From Eledone cirrhosa (lineage: Eukaryota), in the NCBI GenBank assembly GCA_964016885.1, contig OZ024756.1:9486001-9550000 (forward strand): a stretch of 64,000 nucleotides of DNA. The letters are read 5' to 3'. Numbering within the stretch: position 1 is the stretch's first letter; each line of letters begins with the position of its first letter. The notes beneath the pieces were generated by a model. That model saw only the letters and a program-made list of their open reading frames with translations, did not search any database and had not been told where the DNA came from. Made by a program: the position numbers and the translations under genes. This document shows, piece after piece, positions 1 to 10,682 of this stretch.

Positions 1-120
1 TCACCTCGGCCAGTCGCCCTCAAAGTGATGGCTACTTGGTCTGCTAATGACGATCTGGTGAGGGGGCGAAGGCTTATAATGTACTACCACCTCGCCGTGA
101 AAGAATAACAAAAAAAATGA

Positions 121-163
121 AAGAAAGAAAGAAAGAAAGAAAGAAAGAAGAAAAAAGAAAGAA
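121..163. repeat. (AAAG)n microsatellite
   Basis: Direct tandem AAAG run. Confidence 0.9.
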
Positions 164-295
164 GTCAGCGTAAAAGTCACACTACAGTCATGCTAGAAAA
201 CGCCGCGAAAAATGTTATTCCTAAGAATCTATATTTAACAAAGGCATATATAATGGGTGTCTGTAGGGTCTAATGTGTGAACAGAAAATTGGAAC

Positions 296-393
296 GTATG
301 ACCCCCGACGGCAGAGATCAAACCGTTTCGACGGCTATTTCTGGACTAGAAATAGCCGTCGAAACGGCTTGAGCTCTGCCGTCGGGGTCATAC
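296..393. repeat. ~47 bp-arm inverted repeat containing the 3' half of a type I hammerhead
   Basis: gtatgacccccgacggcagag...tatttct pairs with agaaatagccgtc...gtcggggtcatac. The + arm reads GAAA-CGGC-loop-GCCG-TC-ggggtc. Confidence 0.75.
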
Positions 394-422
394 TTTTTCC
401 TATATATATATATATATATTGA

Positions 423-675
423 TATACTTTGGGAGGGTCATGTTGCCAATAAGAAACACACGCACCAGTTGCTTTCACTTCAATTTATTATAATAAATTT
501 ATAAATTTAGGAATTTATAAATTTCCGGTTGGTTGGTTGGTTCCACAACCAGATGGTTGTTTATATATTGTCAAAGTTCTTTCGTCACACATTCTGTGAC
601 CTCTTCAGTGGCTGGGGATTCTTTTCTTTGTTTTTTGTGCCTCTCCTTTGTTCTGTCCTACGCCATCTTGTTTTC
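423..675 (-). mobile_element. Short interspersed repeat, copy 1 (second copy 6425-6575); possible PLE pLTR fragment
   Basis: Shares tatactttgggagggtcatg..., ttcaatttattata and gtgacctcttcagtg with 6425-6575. The minus strand has CTGAAGA followed by a GTCACA/TGTGAC hairpin. Confidence 0.55.
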
Positions 676-1876
676 TATATATAAACACATATATATATAT
701 AAACATATATATATATAAATATATATATATATAAACATATATATATATAAATATATATATAAACACATATATATATATAAACATATATATATATAAATAT
801 ATATATATATAAACATAATATAAGATCAAAAGATGGTTAAAGGAGTTCAATATATTTTATTATGCGCATTTCAAAAACAAACATCATGAAACAATAATAT
901 TTGTGTTTTCATCAGATAAAACAGGAGAACATGATATGAAGGCTAAAAAAACACTTGTTGATAGTGCAGTTTTAAATCAACATATGAAAAGTGGTTTTAG
1001 ATTGATGTGTGATATTGGGAAAAATATTTTATTTAGAGAGGGGGGGAGAGAAAAGGATGAAAAGGGAAGGAGATGAGAGGGAGAGATGGGTGATAGAGAG
1101 AAAGAGATAGTTTTTATAACAGAGAGGAGATATATTTTATATAGAGGGGTTGAAAACCGTTGGAAGATACTGTATAAATTAAAAATTTTGAAAATTAACG
1201 AAGGGAGGATATGTGCGAGGAAAAAATATATTATATTTAGGGAGGGGTGGGGGTGGAAAGGATGAAAAAAAAGGGGAGGAGATGAGAGTGAAGGTGGAAA
1301 GGGAGAGATGGGTGATAGAGAGAAAGAGATAGTTTTTATAACTGAGAAAAAGATATAATGTTTTAATATAGAGAGGTTGGGAACCGTTGGAAGATAATGT
1401 ATAAATTAAAGGAATTTGAAAATTAACGAAGGGAAATTATGTATGGAGATAGAGAGAAAAAAATAACGAAGGGAGATTATGTATGGAGATAGAGAGAAAA
1501 AAAAAAAAAAAAAAAAAAAAAAATAATAATTGTGGGTGAATATTCAAAAGGAGAAATGTAGGAATTTTAAAATTAGCAAAGAGAAAAAGTTTATGTATAG
1601 GATTTGAGAAAAATAATGTGAAGTTAAAGTTTTTATATTGAATTCATATGTATTAATAATGAGTTCGTTGATGGGGAGAAAAAAATAATAATAAATTAAG
1701 GATGAAATTGAGATTAAAAAGATTTATGATAGAGAGAAAAAATAATAATGATTGCGGATGAATACTCAAAATGTCAAAAACAAATGTTATTGTTTTACGA
1801 GGAGATATAATGAGGGTGATGAGTAAACGGGTATTATAGAGTGTATAATGCCCTTTAAAGTGTATAATGCCCTTTA

Positions 1877-2251
1877 AACTTAATTTATGAATGTAAAATT
1901 ATAACTAGCACCAACTCCTTCACCTATTTTGGCTCCACTTCCACCTCTTTTAAAGCTCGTCTCTATAATCATCATTCATCTTTCAAATACAAACTTAAAA
2001 GAACTAACACTGCTCTCTCAGAACTCATATGGTCCTTAAAAGACAAAAACATTAAATATAACATCTTTTGGAAAAAGATTTCTTCTGCATCCTCGTACTT
2101 GAACAGTTCTCTATCTAAAATCTGTAATCTCTGCCTAAATGAAAAATTTACCATTATCTCTAACCTAGAATCCATAATAAATAGACGCTCGGATTTGTTT
2201 TCCATCTGCCTGCATAAATTCCATAGAACTTTTCACAAAGTATACAGTTAA
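1877..2251 (+). pseudogene. C-terminal GIY-YIG endonuclease domain of a Penelope-like element (no start codon, 5'-truncated)
   Basis: Manual translation, open for 124 codons: NLIYECKIITSTNSFTYFGSTSTSFKARLYNHHSSFKYKLKRTNTALSELIWSLKDKNIKYNIFWKKISSASSYLNSSLSKICNLCLNEKFTIISNLESIINRRSDLFSICLHKFHRTFHKVYS*. Shows IY..YFG, FKxRxxxH, CxLCLxEK and NxRS..CxH motifs typical of PLE endonucleases. Confidence 0.9.
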
Positions 2252-2305
2252 TATTCAATTCTTTATCAATTTAGAATCTTTTCTCAAAGGCACATATACA
2301 TACAC

Positions 2306-2745
2306 CTCTTTAAAATATACCCATCTACCTTACTTTAAAGGGCATTATACACTCTATAGTACTCGTTTACTCATTTACCTCATCCTATCTTCTCGTAAAA
2401 CAATAACATTTGTTTTTGACATTTTGAATATTCATCCGCAATCATTATTATTTTTTTTTTTTTCCCTCTATCATAAATCTTTTTAATCTCAATTTCATCC
2501 TTAATTTATTATTATATATTTTTTTTAATATATACTCATATATTCTTTAAAATATACCCATCTACCTTACTTTAAAGGGCATTATACACTCTATAATACC
2601 CGTTTACTCATCACCCTCATTATATCTCCTCGTAAAACAATAACATTTGTTTTTGACATTTTGAGTATTCATCCGCAATCATTATTATTTTTTCTCTCTA
2701 TCATAAATCTTTTTAATCTCAATTTCATCCTTAATTTATTATTAT
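2306..2745 (+). repeat. Direct duplication (~210 bp, two diverged copies) in the PLE 3' region
   Basis: tttaaaatatacccatctaccttactttaaagggcattatac...ccttaatttattatta occurs at ~2309 and ~2546. Confidence 0.8.
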
Positions 2746-2910
2746 TTTTTTCTCCCCATCAACGAACTCATTATTAATACATATGAATTCAATATAAAAA
2801 CTTTAACTTCACATTATTTTTCTCAAATCCTATACATAAACTTTTTCTCTTTGCTAATTTTAAAATTCCTACATTTCTCCTTTTGAATATTCACCCACAA
2901 TTATTATTAT

Positions 2911-2945
<35 letters not shown>

Positions 2946-3520
2946 CTCTCTATCTCCATACATAATCTCCCTTCGTTATTTTTTTCTCTCTATCTCCATA
3001 CATAATTTCCCTTCGTTAATTTTCAAATTCCTTTAATTTATACATTATCTTCCAACGGTTCCCAACCTCTCTATATTAAAACATTATATCTTTTTCTCAG
3101 TTATAAAAACTATCTCTTTCTCTCTATCACCCATCTCTCCCTTTCCACCTTCACTCTCATCTCCTCCCCTTTTTTTTTCATCCTTTCCACCCCCACCCCT
3201 CCCTAAATATAATATATTTTTTCCTCGCACATATCCTCCCTTCGTTAATTTTCAAAATTTTTAATTTATACAGTATCTTCCAACGGTTTTCAACCCCTCT
3301 ATATAAAATATATCTCCTCTCTGTTATAAAAACTATCTCTTTCTCTCTATCACCCATCTCTCCCTCTCATCTCCTTCCCTTTTCATCCTTTTCTCTCCCC
3401 CCCTCTCTAAATAAAATATTTTTCCCAATATCACACATCAATCTAAAACCACTTTTCATATGTTGATTTAAAACTGCACTATCAACAAGTGTTTTTTTAG
3501 CCTTCATATCATGTTCTCCT

Positions 3521-3589
3521 GTTTTATCTGATGAAAACACAAATATTATTGTTTCATGATGTTTGTTTTTGAAATGCGCATAATAAAAT
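3521..3589 (+). ncRNA. Minimal type I hammerhead ribozyme motif (family H1)
   Basis: Stem I gttttat/ataaaat; CTGATGA at 3528; stem II aaacacaaat/gtttgttttt; GAAA at 3571; palindromic TGCGCA; AUA cleavage triplet. Antisense copy at ~855-922. Confidence 0.75.
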
Positions 3590-3798
3590 ATATTGAACTC
3601 CTTTAACCATCTTTTGATCTTATATTATGCATACTCCAGTCCCACAAACTGTAGAGTGCTTCTTATCCGATATCTGCATTGCTTTATTGTACTACAATAA
3701 AACTCACCTCCTACATATATAAACACATATATATATAAACACACACATATATATATACACACATATATATATATATAAACACACACACACACACACAC

Positions 3799-3853
<55 letters not shown>

Positions 3854-3994
3854 GCTAGTTTACCAACGACAATCCTCTCATAAACTGAATTATGTCAACT
3901 TCTAAACAGGAACAACTTATAACAACATAAAATATATCTTCATTAACAAATAAAACAAAACAAAAATACCAAACAAGAAGAGACTCACACACGT

Positions 3995-4406
3995 ATATAT
4001 GTACGTTCCTACCCACACACACAGTCACAAACATACACACACACACACTCATACTCATTCAGACACACGCATATATATATATATATGTACGTTCCTACCC
4101 ACACCCACAGTCACATACATACACACACACTCACTCATACTCATTCAGACACACGCATATATATATATATATGTACGTTCCTACCCACACACACAGTCAC
4201 AAACATACACACACACACACTCATACTCATTCAGACACACGCATATATATATATGTACGTTCCTACCCACACACACAGTCACAAACATACACACACACAC
4301 ACTCATACTCATTCAGACACACGCATATATATATATGTACGTTCCTACCCACACACACAGTCACAAACATACACACACACACACTCATACTCATTCAGAC
4401 ACACGC

Positions 4407-4446
<40 letters not shown>

Positions 4447-4468
4447 TCATACTCATTCAGACACACGC

Positions 4469-4519
<51 letters not shown>

Positions 4520-4547
4520 CATACACACTCATACTCATTTAGACACA

Positions 4548-4591
<44 letters not shown>

Positions 4592-4640
4592 CATACACAC
4601 ACACACTCATACTCATTCAGACACACGCATATATATATAG

Positions 4641-4672
<32 letters not shown>

Positions 4673-4736
4673 GTACATTCCTACCCCCACATACAGTCAC
4701 ATACATACACACACACACACTCATACTCACGCATAT

Positions 4737-4774
<38 letters not shown>

Positions 4775-4844
4775 GTACGTTCCTACCCACACACACAGTC
4801 ACACACATACACACACACACACACTCATACTCATTCAGACACAC

Positions 4845-4921
<77 letters not shown>

Positions 4922-4927
4922 TATACA

Positions 4928-4996
<69 letters not shown>

Positions 4997-5015
4997 TCAT
5001 ATTCATTCAGACACA

Positions 5016-5057
<42 letters not shown>

Positions 5058-5137
5058 TATATATATATATATATGTACGTTCCTATACACACACACAGTC
5101 ACATACGTAACACACTCATACTCATTCAGACACATGC

Positions 5138-5174
<37 letters not shown>

Positions 5175-5250
5175 TATATATATGTACGTTCCTATACACA
5201 CATACAGTCACATACGTAACACACTCACACACTCATTCAGACATACGCAT

Positions 5251-5255
<5 letters not shown>
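3995..5255. repeat. Compound minisatellite (~75-90 bp units with internal CA/TA tracts)
   Basis: Recurrent atgtacgttcctacccacacacacagtcac...ctcatactcattcagacacacgc(at)n. Confidence 0.9.
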
Positions 5256-5301
<46 letters not shown>

Positions 5302-5328
5302 GTAATAATAATAAATTTGAAGACTATA

Positions 5329-5369
<41 letters not shown>

Positions 5370-5541
5370 CACACACGCACATATATACACACACACATGC
5401 ACGCACACATATATATACACACACACGCGCGCGCACACATATATATACACACATGATCGTGTACTATTAGAAACGTTTGTATGGTTTTGTGGATGTGCGT
5501 GCGTTAGCATGTGTGTGCGCATATGTATATATATACACATA

Positions 5542-5586
<45 letters not shown>

Positions 5587-5590
<4 letters not shown>

Positions 5591-5783
5591 AAACCACAGA
5601 CCCTACATCTCAAATCCACTTTTGAAAAGCAGAAGAACTGCGAAACCGGTAAAGGAACCAAATAAATATATATATTTTTTTAAATAAGACTCCAGTTGCA
5701 TTTTCGATTTCATCTTTTTTTCTTTATACTTTCACTCGTGTAGGACACCTCGGTTATTTTTCATTTTGTAAAAAAACCTCACA

Positions 5784-5790
<7 letters not shown>
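5587..5790 (+). mobile_element. ~200 bp HHR-bearing element (family H2) in (TA)n
   Basis: Homologous to 19127-19335. Contains TTGAAAA-GCAG-aagaa-CTGC-GAAA-CCGG-TA-aagg (5618-5655) then AATAAA. Confidence 0.75.
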
Positions 5791-5827
<37 letters not shown>

Positions 5828-5828
<1 letters not shown>

Positions 5829-6418
5829 TAGCCGAATTACCCGCGCCTTGCTGCGTTTCACACATTTTTTTTGTAAGAAAATGATGATTGATTTTAAATC
5901 AGTGATATCATTTATGGAGAAAAACTCTGCATTTCAATATTACTCAATGTAAAATGTAATGCATGAAAAATTGGAAAACATTATTTTCTGTAATATATCA
6001 AATCATTTACGGGGTCGATAAAATAAAGTACCAGTAATACACTGGTTAATTGCTGGCCTTGTGCCTAACGTAGAAACAATTATTACATTATTAAATTTCA
6101 TTCTTATTTTGAATCTTGTAAATAATTTTTTCAAAATATCAATTCAAAACTTTTGTGAATAGGCATCATATCTTGTCATTTACCTATGGTTTAAATATTT
6201 CATATAAATCGAAGGGAAACAATTTTCAGCGGGGGTTTTCTGCAGGGGTTTGTGGCCCGGGGAACCGTTTGATTAAAATGAAATATACTTATCCAAGTAC
6301 CCTGGGCAATGTAGTTTCAGAATATATATGGTTATGGGGCGTCTATCTCCAAAACCTTAGGACTAGTTCGTGAACAAACAAACAAACAAACAGGAATACA
6401 ACTTTATACATATATAGA
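5828..6418 (-). mobile_element. Non-autonomous Helitron-like element
   Basis: Minus strand begins A|TCTATATATGTATAAAG followed by (GTTT)n, and ends with an imperfect GC hairpin (cgcagcaaggcgcgggt) then CTAG|T. AT target, no TSD. Confidence 0.7.
6007..6083 (+). mobile_element. SINE family A, 3' fragment, nested in the Helitron
   Basis: ttacggggtcgataaaataaagtaccag...gctggccttgtgcc..gtagaaacaattat matches other copies. Confidence 0.85.
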
Positions 6419-6424
6419 TATTGT

Positions 6425-6640
6425 TATACTTTGGGAGGGTCATGCTGCCAATAAAAACACACGGCCCTGTTGGTTCTACTTCAATTTATTATAAATTTTC
6501 GGTTGGTTGTTTCAATAACTGGATGGTTGTCACACATTTTGTGACCTCTTCAGTGACTGATTTGTTATTTTGTGTCTCTCACAACACACAAAAACAAGAT
6601 GATATAGGACATAACGAAGGAGAGACACAAAATAACAAAT
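6425..6640 (-). mobile_element. Short interspersed repeat, copy 2 of the 423-675 family, with an inverted terminal segment
   Basis: Homology to 423-640. 6585-6632 is the reverse complement of the segment seen at ~630-673. Confidence 0.55.
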
Positions 6641-6708
6641 CAATGTTTGTTTTTATAACAGGCTGAATGAGTTGGGGTACAAAACCCAATGAAACTGTTG
6701 TAACTAAT

Positions 6709-6741
<33 letters not shown>

Positions 6742-6784
6742 GTATATATATTGGAAAATGTCTGAGATCTTGGTACAATTAGGT

Positions 6785-6938
6785 ATATTTGAAAAAAGGA
6801 AAATAATGACTTCACTTGTGTTAAAAAATTTATGATTTAATGTTATAATATTATAATAGATCTACCAACTTTTAATATCATAACATTAAATCATAAACTT
6901 TTTAACGCTACAAGTGAAGTCATTCTTTTCCTTTTTTT

Positions 6939-6944
<6 letters not shown>
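6785..6944. repeat. AT-rich foldback (~70 bp arms), MITE-like or inverted pLTR remnant
   Basis: atatttgaaaaaaggaaaataatgacttcacttgt...atttaatgttat pairs with ataacattaaat...acaagtgaagtcattcttttcctttttttcaaatat. Confidence 0.7.
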
Positions 6945-6997
<53 letters not shown>

Positions 6998-6999
<2 letters not shown>

Positions 7000-7601
7000 G
7001 TTATCTCTTTCTCTTAATTTCGAGTATATTTTTTTTGACCGGCCACCTTCCTGGTGGCAAGGTTGTAAAAGAAAAGAAATTGTCATCCTTTGAATCGCAA
7101 GAATGTTTTGCAAATTTTGAAGGTGCCAACTATCGCAGCTATTTGTAGACTATGAATTAGGGAGCTGCGCTTTTTGCCCGCAAATCCAAGTTCAGTCATA
7201 CTTTGGTCCAAGCGGGTTGGTATATAACCCGTAGCTCCAATAATGATGGGTATGAAGCTAAAGGTGTATCTTGGATACTGGATTTGTAAACTCCTCATCA
7301 ATGATCCGTAGATGTCCTCCTTCTCCTGCATTTTTCTGACAACGTTTACATCAAGTGGGCAGCTGATCTCCACAACAGAACACGTTTTCAATGTGTGGTC
7401 CCAAACAACAATATCAGGCCGGTTGTGCTTTAATTTGGTGGCAGTTTTTATTTTCAGGTTCCACCAGTATTCCTTAGTGCCATCTGTCTCAATATATTCT
7501 TCCTCGTTTGTTGTTAATTTTGTTTTCCGAAGTGCGTTCCAGATGGTTCTAGCTATCCCATCGTGTCTCATGGGGAGGTAGTAGCGAGATGACATTCTTT
7601 C
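6998..7601 (-). mobile_element. 5'-truncated RLE-type non-LTR retrotransposon (R4/Dong-like), endonuclease C-terminus plus 3' UTR
   Basis: After its repeat-derived N-terminus, ORF 7083-7721 reads YLPMRHDGIA...WWN..IKT..KHNRPDIVVWD...VVEISCPLD..EKEDIY...IPIIIGATG. These are the RHD and PD-(D/E)xK-type restriction-like endonuclease motifs. Confidence 0.85.
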
Positions 7602-7691
7602 GTATGTATGTATGTATGTATGTATGTATGTATGTATGTATGTATGTATGTATGTATGTATGTATGTATGTATGTATGTATGTATGTATGT
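7602..7691. repeat. (TATG)n microsatellite
   Basis: Perfect tandem run. Confidence 0.95.
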
Positions 7692-8306
7692 CAGGTCACC
7701 AGTTGGTGCTACTGGTAACATGTATCCCAGTACAACCTATCTTATGGTCGGGTCGTTGGCGACTAAACTGGCAACCCCACTAAGGTTTTTTGGTGAGGCG
7801 GGTGACTTTGGACATCCTGCAGGACTAAAAACAAAACCTGTCAAAGGGCAAAGGAGCTCTTAAGAGTCAATGGCCATCCAAAATTACCGGGAGAGATGAC
7901 CCCTTAGCCTTTGTCAAAGCAGAATTCTAGGAGAAGGAAAACTCTGATATAACACCTGCAACCTTGATGATATCCAATGATGTTGACTTGTTCTTCTTTT
8001 TGGTAAATATCATCTTGGTTAAGAGAGTGGGACTGGCTTTGTGCAGTGCCTTTGCTCACTATAAAAGCTTCACGGCACAGGCATTGCTTTATATCTGGAG
8101 ATCTCTCTGCACTTGTCGTCACATGGTACCATGGGCCCAGCACTATGTGTCAATAATTGTCACAGGTGTAGTGTTTGTACCAGAGTTTTCAAGTTACAGG
8201 CTGGACTAAAAAGTCACACTCGTTCAGCGCATTGGTATGGGTTCTCCTACATGGATATAAAGTAGTAGCCGTACTCGAAAACGAGTTGGCAGCCACCATA
8301 TATATA
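7692..8306 (+). mobile_element. Probable internally deleted RTE-like LINE derivative (5' UTR-like part, terminal C2H2 finger, 3' stem-loop)
   Basis: 8167-8232 translates CSVCTRVFKLQAGLKSHTRSAH (C-x2-C-x3-F-x5-L-x2-H-x4-H), followed by an actcg-aaaa-cgagt hairpin and a TA tail. ggagaaggaaaactctgat upstream resembles RTE 5' UTRs (recalled, not searched). Confidence 0.5.
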
Positions 8307-8460
8307 CATGATTGTTTGTTCAATCATGTAATCTCACAAAGCTGTGGAGGAGAACTAAAGTTCATACGAGAACTGACATCAGCTATGAACACGTCATTTT
8401 GTCCGTTTCCTAGATTCTTGCCTTTGGTTGCGATTGCCTCGGAAACACAACCTTATTACA

Positions 8461-8650
8461 TAATTGTTTCTACTTTAGGCACAAGGCCAGCAATTACCCA
8501 GTACATTACTGGTACTTTATTTTATCGACCCCGTAAGGATGAAAGGCAAAGCCTACCTCGGCGGGATTTGAACTCAGATCGTAAAGGGACGTAACTATGC
8601 TGGAAAGCATGGCGTCCGACCCTCTACCGATACTGCCAATCCACCGCCCC
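8461..8650 (-). mobile_element. Full-length tRNA-derived SINE, family A
   Basis: Minus strand has A-box TGGCAGTATCGG, B-box GAGTTCAAATCC and core GCCTTTCATCCTTACGGGGTCGATAAAATAAAGTACCAG. TSD acaaccttattacataat on both sides. Confidence 0.9.
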
Positions 8651-8677
8651 TTAATACAACCTTATTACATAATGACA

Positions 8678-8756
8678 CTGTCTGATGAGATCACGTGACC
8701 GGTCACGTGATTGAACAATCACGTAGCCACGGTCATAATTGAAATATCTATCACAG
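8678..8756 (+). ncRNA. Type I hammerhead motif (family H3, copy 1)
   Basis: ctgt-CTGATGA-gat...att-GAAA-tatcta-TC-acag. Flanks homologous to 23600-23745. Confidence 0.6.
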
Positions 8757-8946
8757 CTTTATTATAAAGGATTCTTTAACATCTACACCAAACTTTGCAT
8801 TTTCCTTATTCTACATATTCTCCATCATCGACTGACAAATGTTATTTGAAAGAAAAAACATGACGTTGAGTGCTTGTTTGAATTACATCATTATTTACTG
8901 ATTGATGCGTTACATACGCGACCCCGTTCAGTCGGCACGTTTACTG

Positions 8947-8985
<39 letters not shown>

Positions 8986-9096
8986 TATCCACAGTAAGTT
9001 GTGGGGTCTAGTCTGCATGAAGAACTCAATGTAATCCATATGTTGAAAATGTTGTAGGTTAAAATAAATCCCGGAAAACAATAAAGCAGAGTCATT

Positions 9097-9236
9097 ATTG
9101 CTTTTGACAACAGCTGGTGATATGCATGTAAGTAAATATTCTCTTTATCTGATATTTTGTAACTAACCTTACATAGATCGATATCGAAGTATAGTTACGA
9201 TATATTATCATCACCTAGAAACGATCGTAAAGCAGT
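9097..9236 (+). ncRNA. Type I hammerhead motif, U3:A8 variant with long stem II insert (family H4)
   Basis: attgctt-TTGACAA-...ggtgat...atcacc..-GAAA-CGATCG-TA-aagcagt. 7 bp stem I; base of stem II imperfect. Confidence 0.5.
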
Positions 9237-9280
9237 GAAGTATATTTCTAATGACTTGATTTTTTATTTCATTGTTTTAA

Positions 9281-9354
<74 letters not shown>

Positions 9355-9496
9355 TTATCTTTATCTGATATTTTGTAACTAACCTTACATAGATCGATAT
9401 CGAAGTATAGTTACGATGTATTATCATCACCTAGAAACGATCGTAAAGCAGTGAAGTATATTTCTAATGACTTGATTTTTTATTTCATTGTTTTAA

Positions 9497-9564
<68 letters not shown>

Positions 9565-9706
9565 TTATCTTTATCTGATATTTTGTAACTAACCTTACAT
9601 AGATCGATATCGAAGTATAGTTCCGATGTATTATCATCACCCAGAAACGATCGTAAAGCAGTGAAGTATATTTCTAATGACTTGATTTTTTATTTCATTG
9701 TTTTAA

Positions 9707-9756
<50 letters not shown>
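9134..9756. repeat. Tandem triplication of a ~150 bp unit plus (TA)n
   Basis: aaatatt.tctttatctgatattttgtaac...cattgttttaactta(ta)n at ~9134, ~9350 and ~9560. Confidence 0.9.
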
Positions 9757-9761
<5 letters not shown>

Positions 9762-10097
9762 GTTATTTCTCTCTATATATATATATATTGTATAGAAATG
9801 ACTTCTACAAACACACAAACACATATGTGCGTGTATATACATATACATGTGCCGATATGACCGTGTGTGTGTGTGGATTTATACAGAAAGGTTCTTGAAT
9901 TTACGCCAAAATAACTGAGATATCAGAAAATATCTAAATCATTGTTATCGAGAATTCTATCACAATGGAGGTGGGTGGTAATAGGGTTTACATATACATT
10001 GAAACACAGAAACACACACAGATATAATGCACACATGTGAAGTGACTCGCTGCATATACACACACACTGGCATAGATCAAACCAGATGTGGTTTCCT

Positions 10098-10642
10098 CTC
10101 CATACTATGGACAAACACACAATAACACGTTAATATATAGCACTACACACTATCCATACTATGGACACATACACAAAAACACGTCGTTAATATATAGCAC
10201 TACACACTATCCATACTATGGACAAACACACAATAAAACGTTAATATATAGCACTACACACTATCCATACTATGGACAAACACACAATAAAACGTTAATA
10301 TATAGCACTACACACTATCCATACTATGGACAAACACACAATAAAACGTTAATATATAGCACTACACACTATCCATACTATGGACAAACACACAATAAAA
10401 CGTTAATATATAGCACTACACACTATCCATACTATGGACAAACACACAATAAAACGTTAATATATAGCACTACACACTATCCATACTATGGACAAACACA
10501 CAATAAAACGTTAATATATAGCACTACACACTATCCATACTATGGACAAACACACAATAAAACGTTAATATATAGCACTACACACTATCCATACTATGGA
10601 CACATACACAATAAAACGTCGTTAATGTATAACACTACATAC
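10098..10642. repeat. 54 bp minisatellite, ~10 copies
   Basis: Unit ccatactatggacaaacacacaataaaacgttaatatatagcactacacactat; 18-aa period in the overlapping ORF. Confidence 0.95.
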
Positions 10643-10682
10643 TAAAGAAATAACTATTGTTACTAAAATAGACACGTATATA

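Larger units (their letters stand above)
814..3715 (+). mobile_element. 5'-truncated Penelope-like retroelement: inverted pLTR copy, GIY-YIG remnant, 3' pLTR with HHR
   Basis: 814-1860 is the near-exact reverse complement of 2570-3629. GIY-YIG coding remnant at 1877-2251, HHR at 3521-3589, TA-rich microsatellite on both flanks. Confidence 0.9.

Noticed and set aside
560-615. CTGAAGA plus hairpin plus GAAA on the minus strand as a complete HHR
   Set aside because: No matching stem I or cleavage triplet could be placed, and the second copy differs. Kept only as a repeat family.
1972-2205. 77 aa minus-strand ORF
   Set aside because: Antisense shadow of the + strand GIY-YIG frame.
10088-10645. 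ORF with 18-aa tandem repeats (STTHYPYYGQTHNKTLIY)
   Set aside because: Explained by a 54 bp minisatellite. No ATG start, splice or flanking coding evidence, though a repetitive exon cannot be fully excluded.
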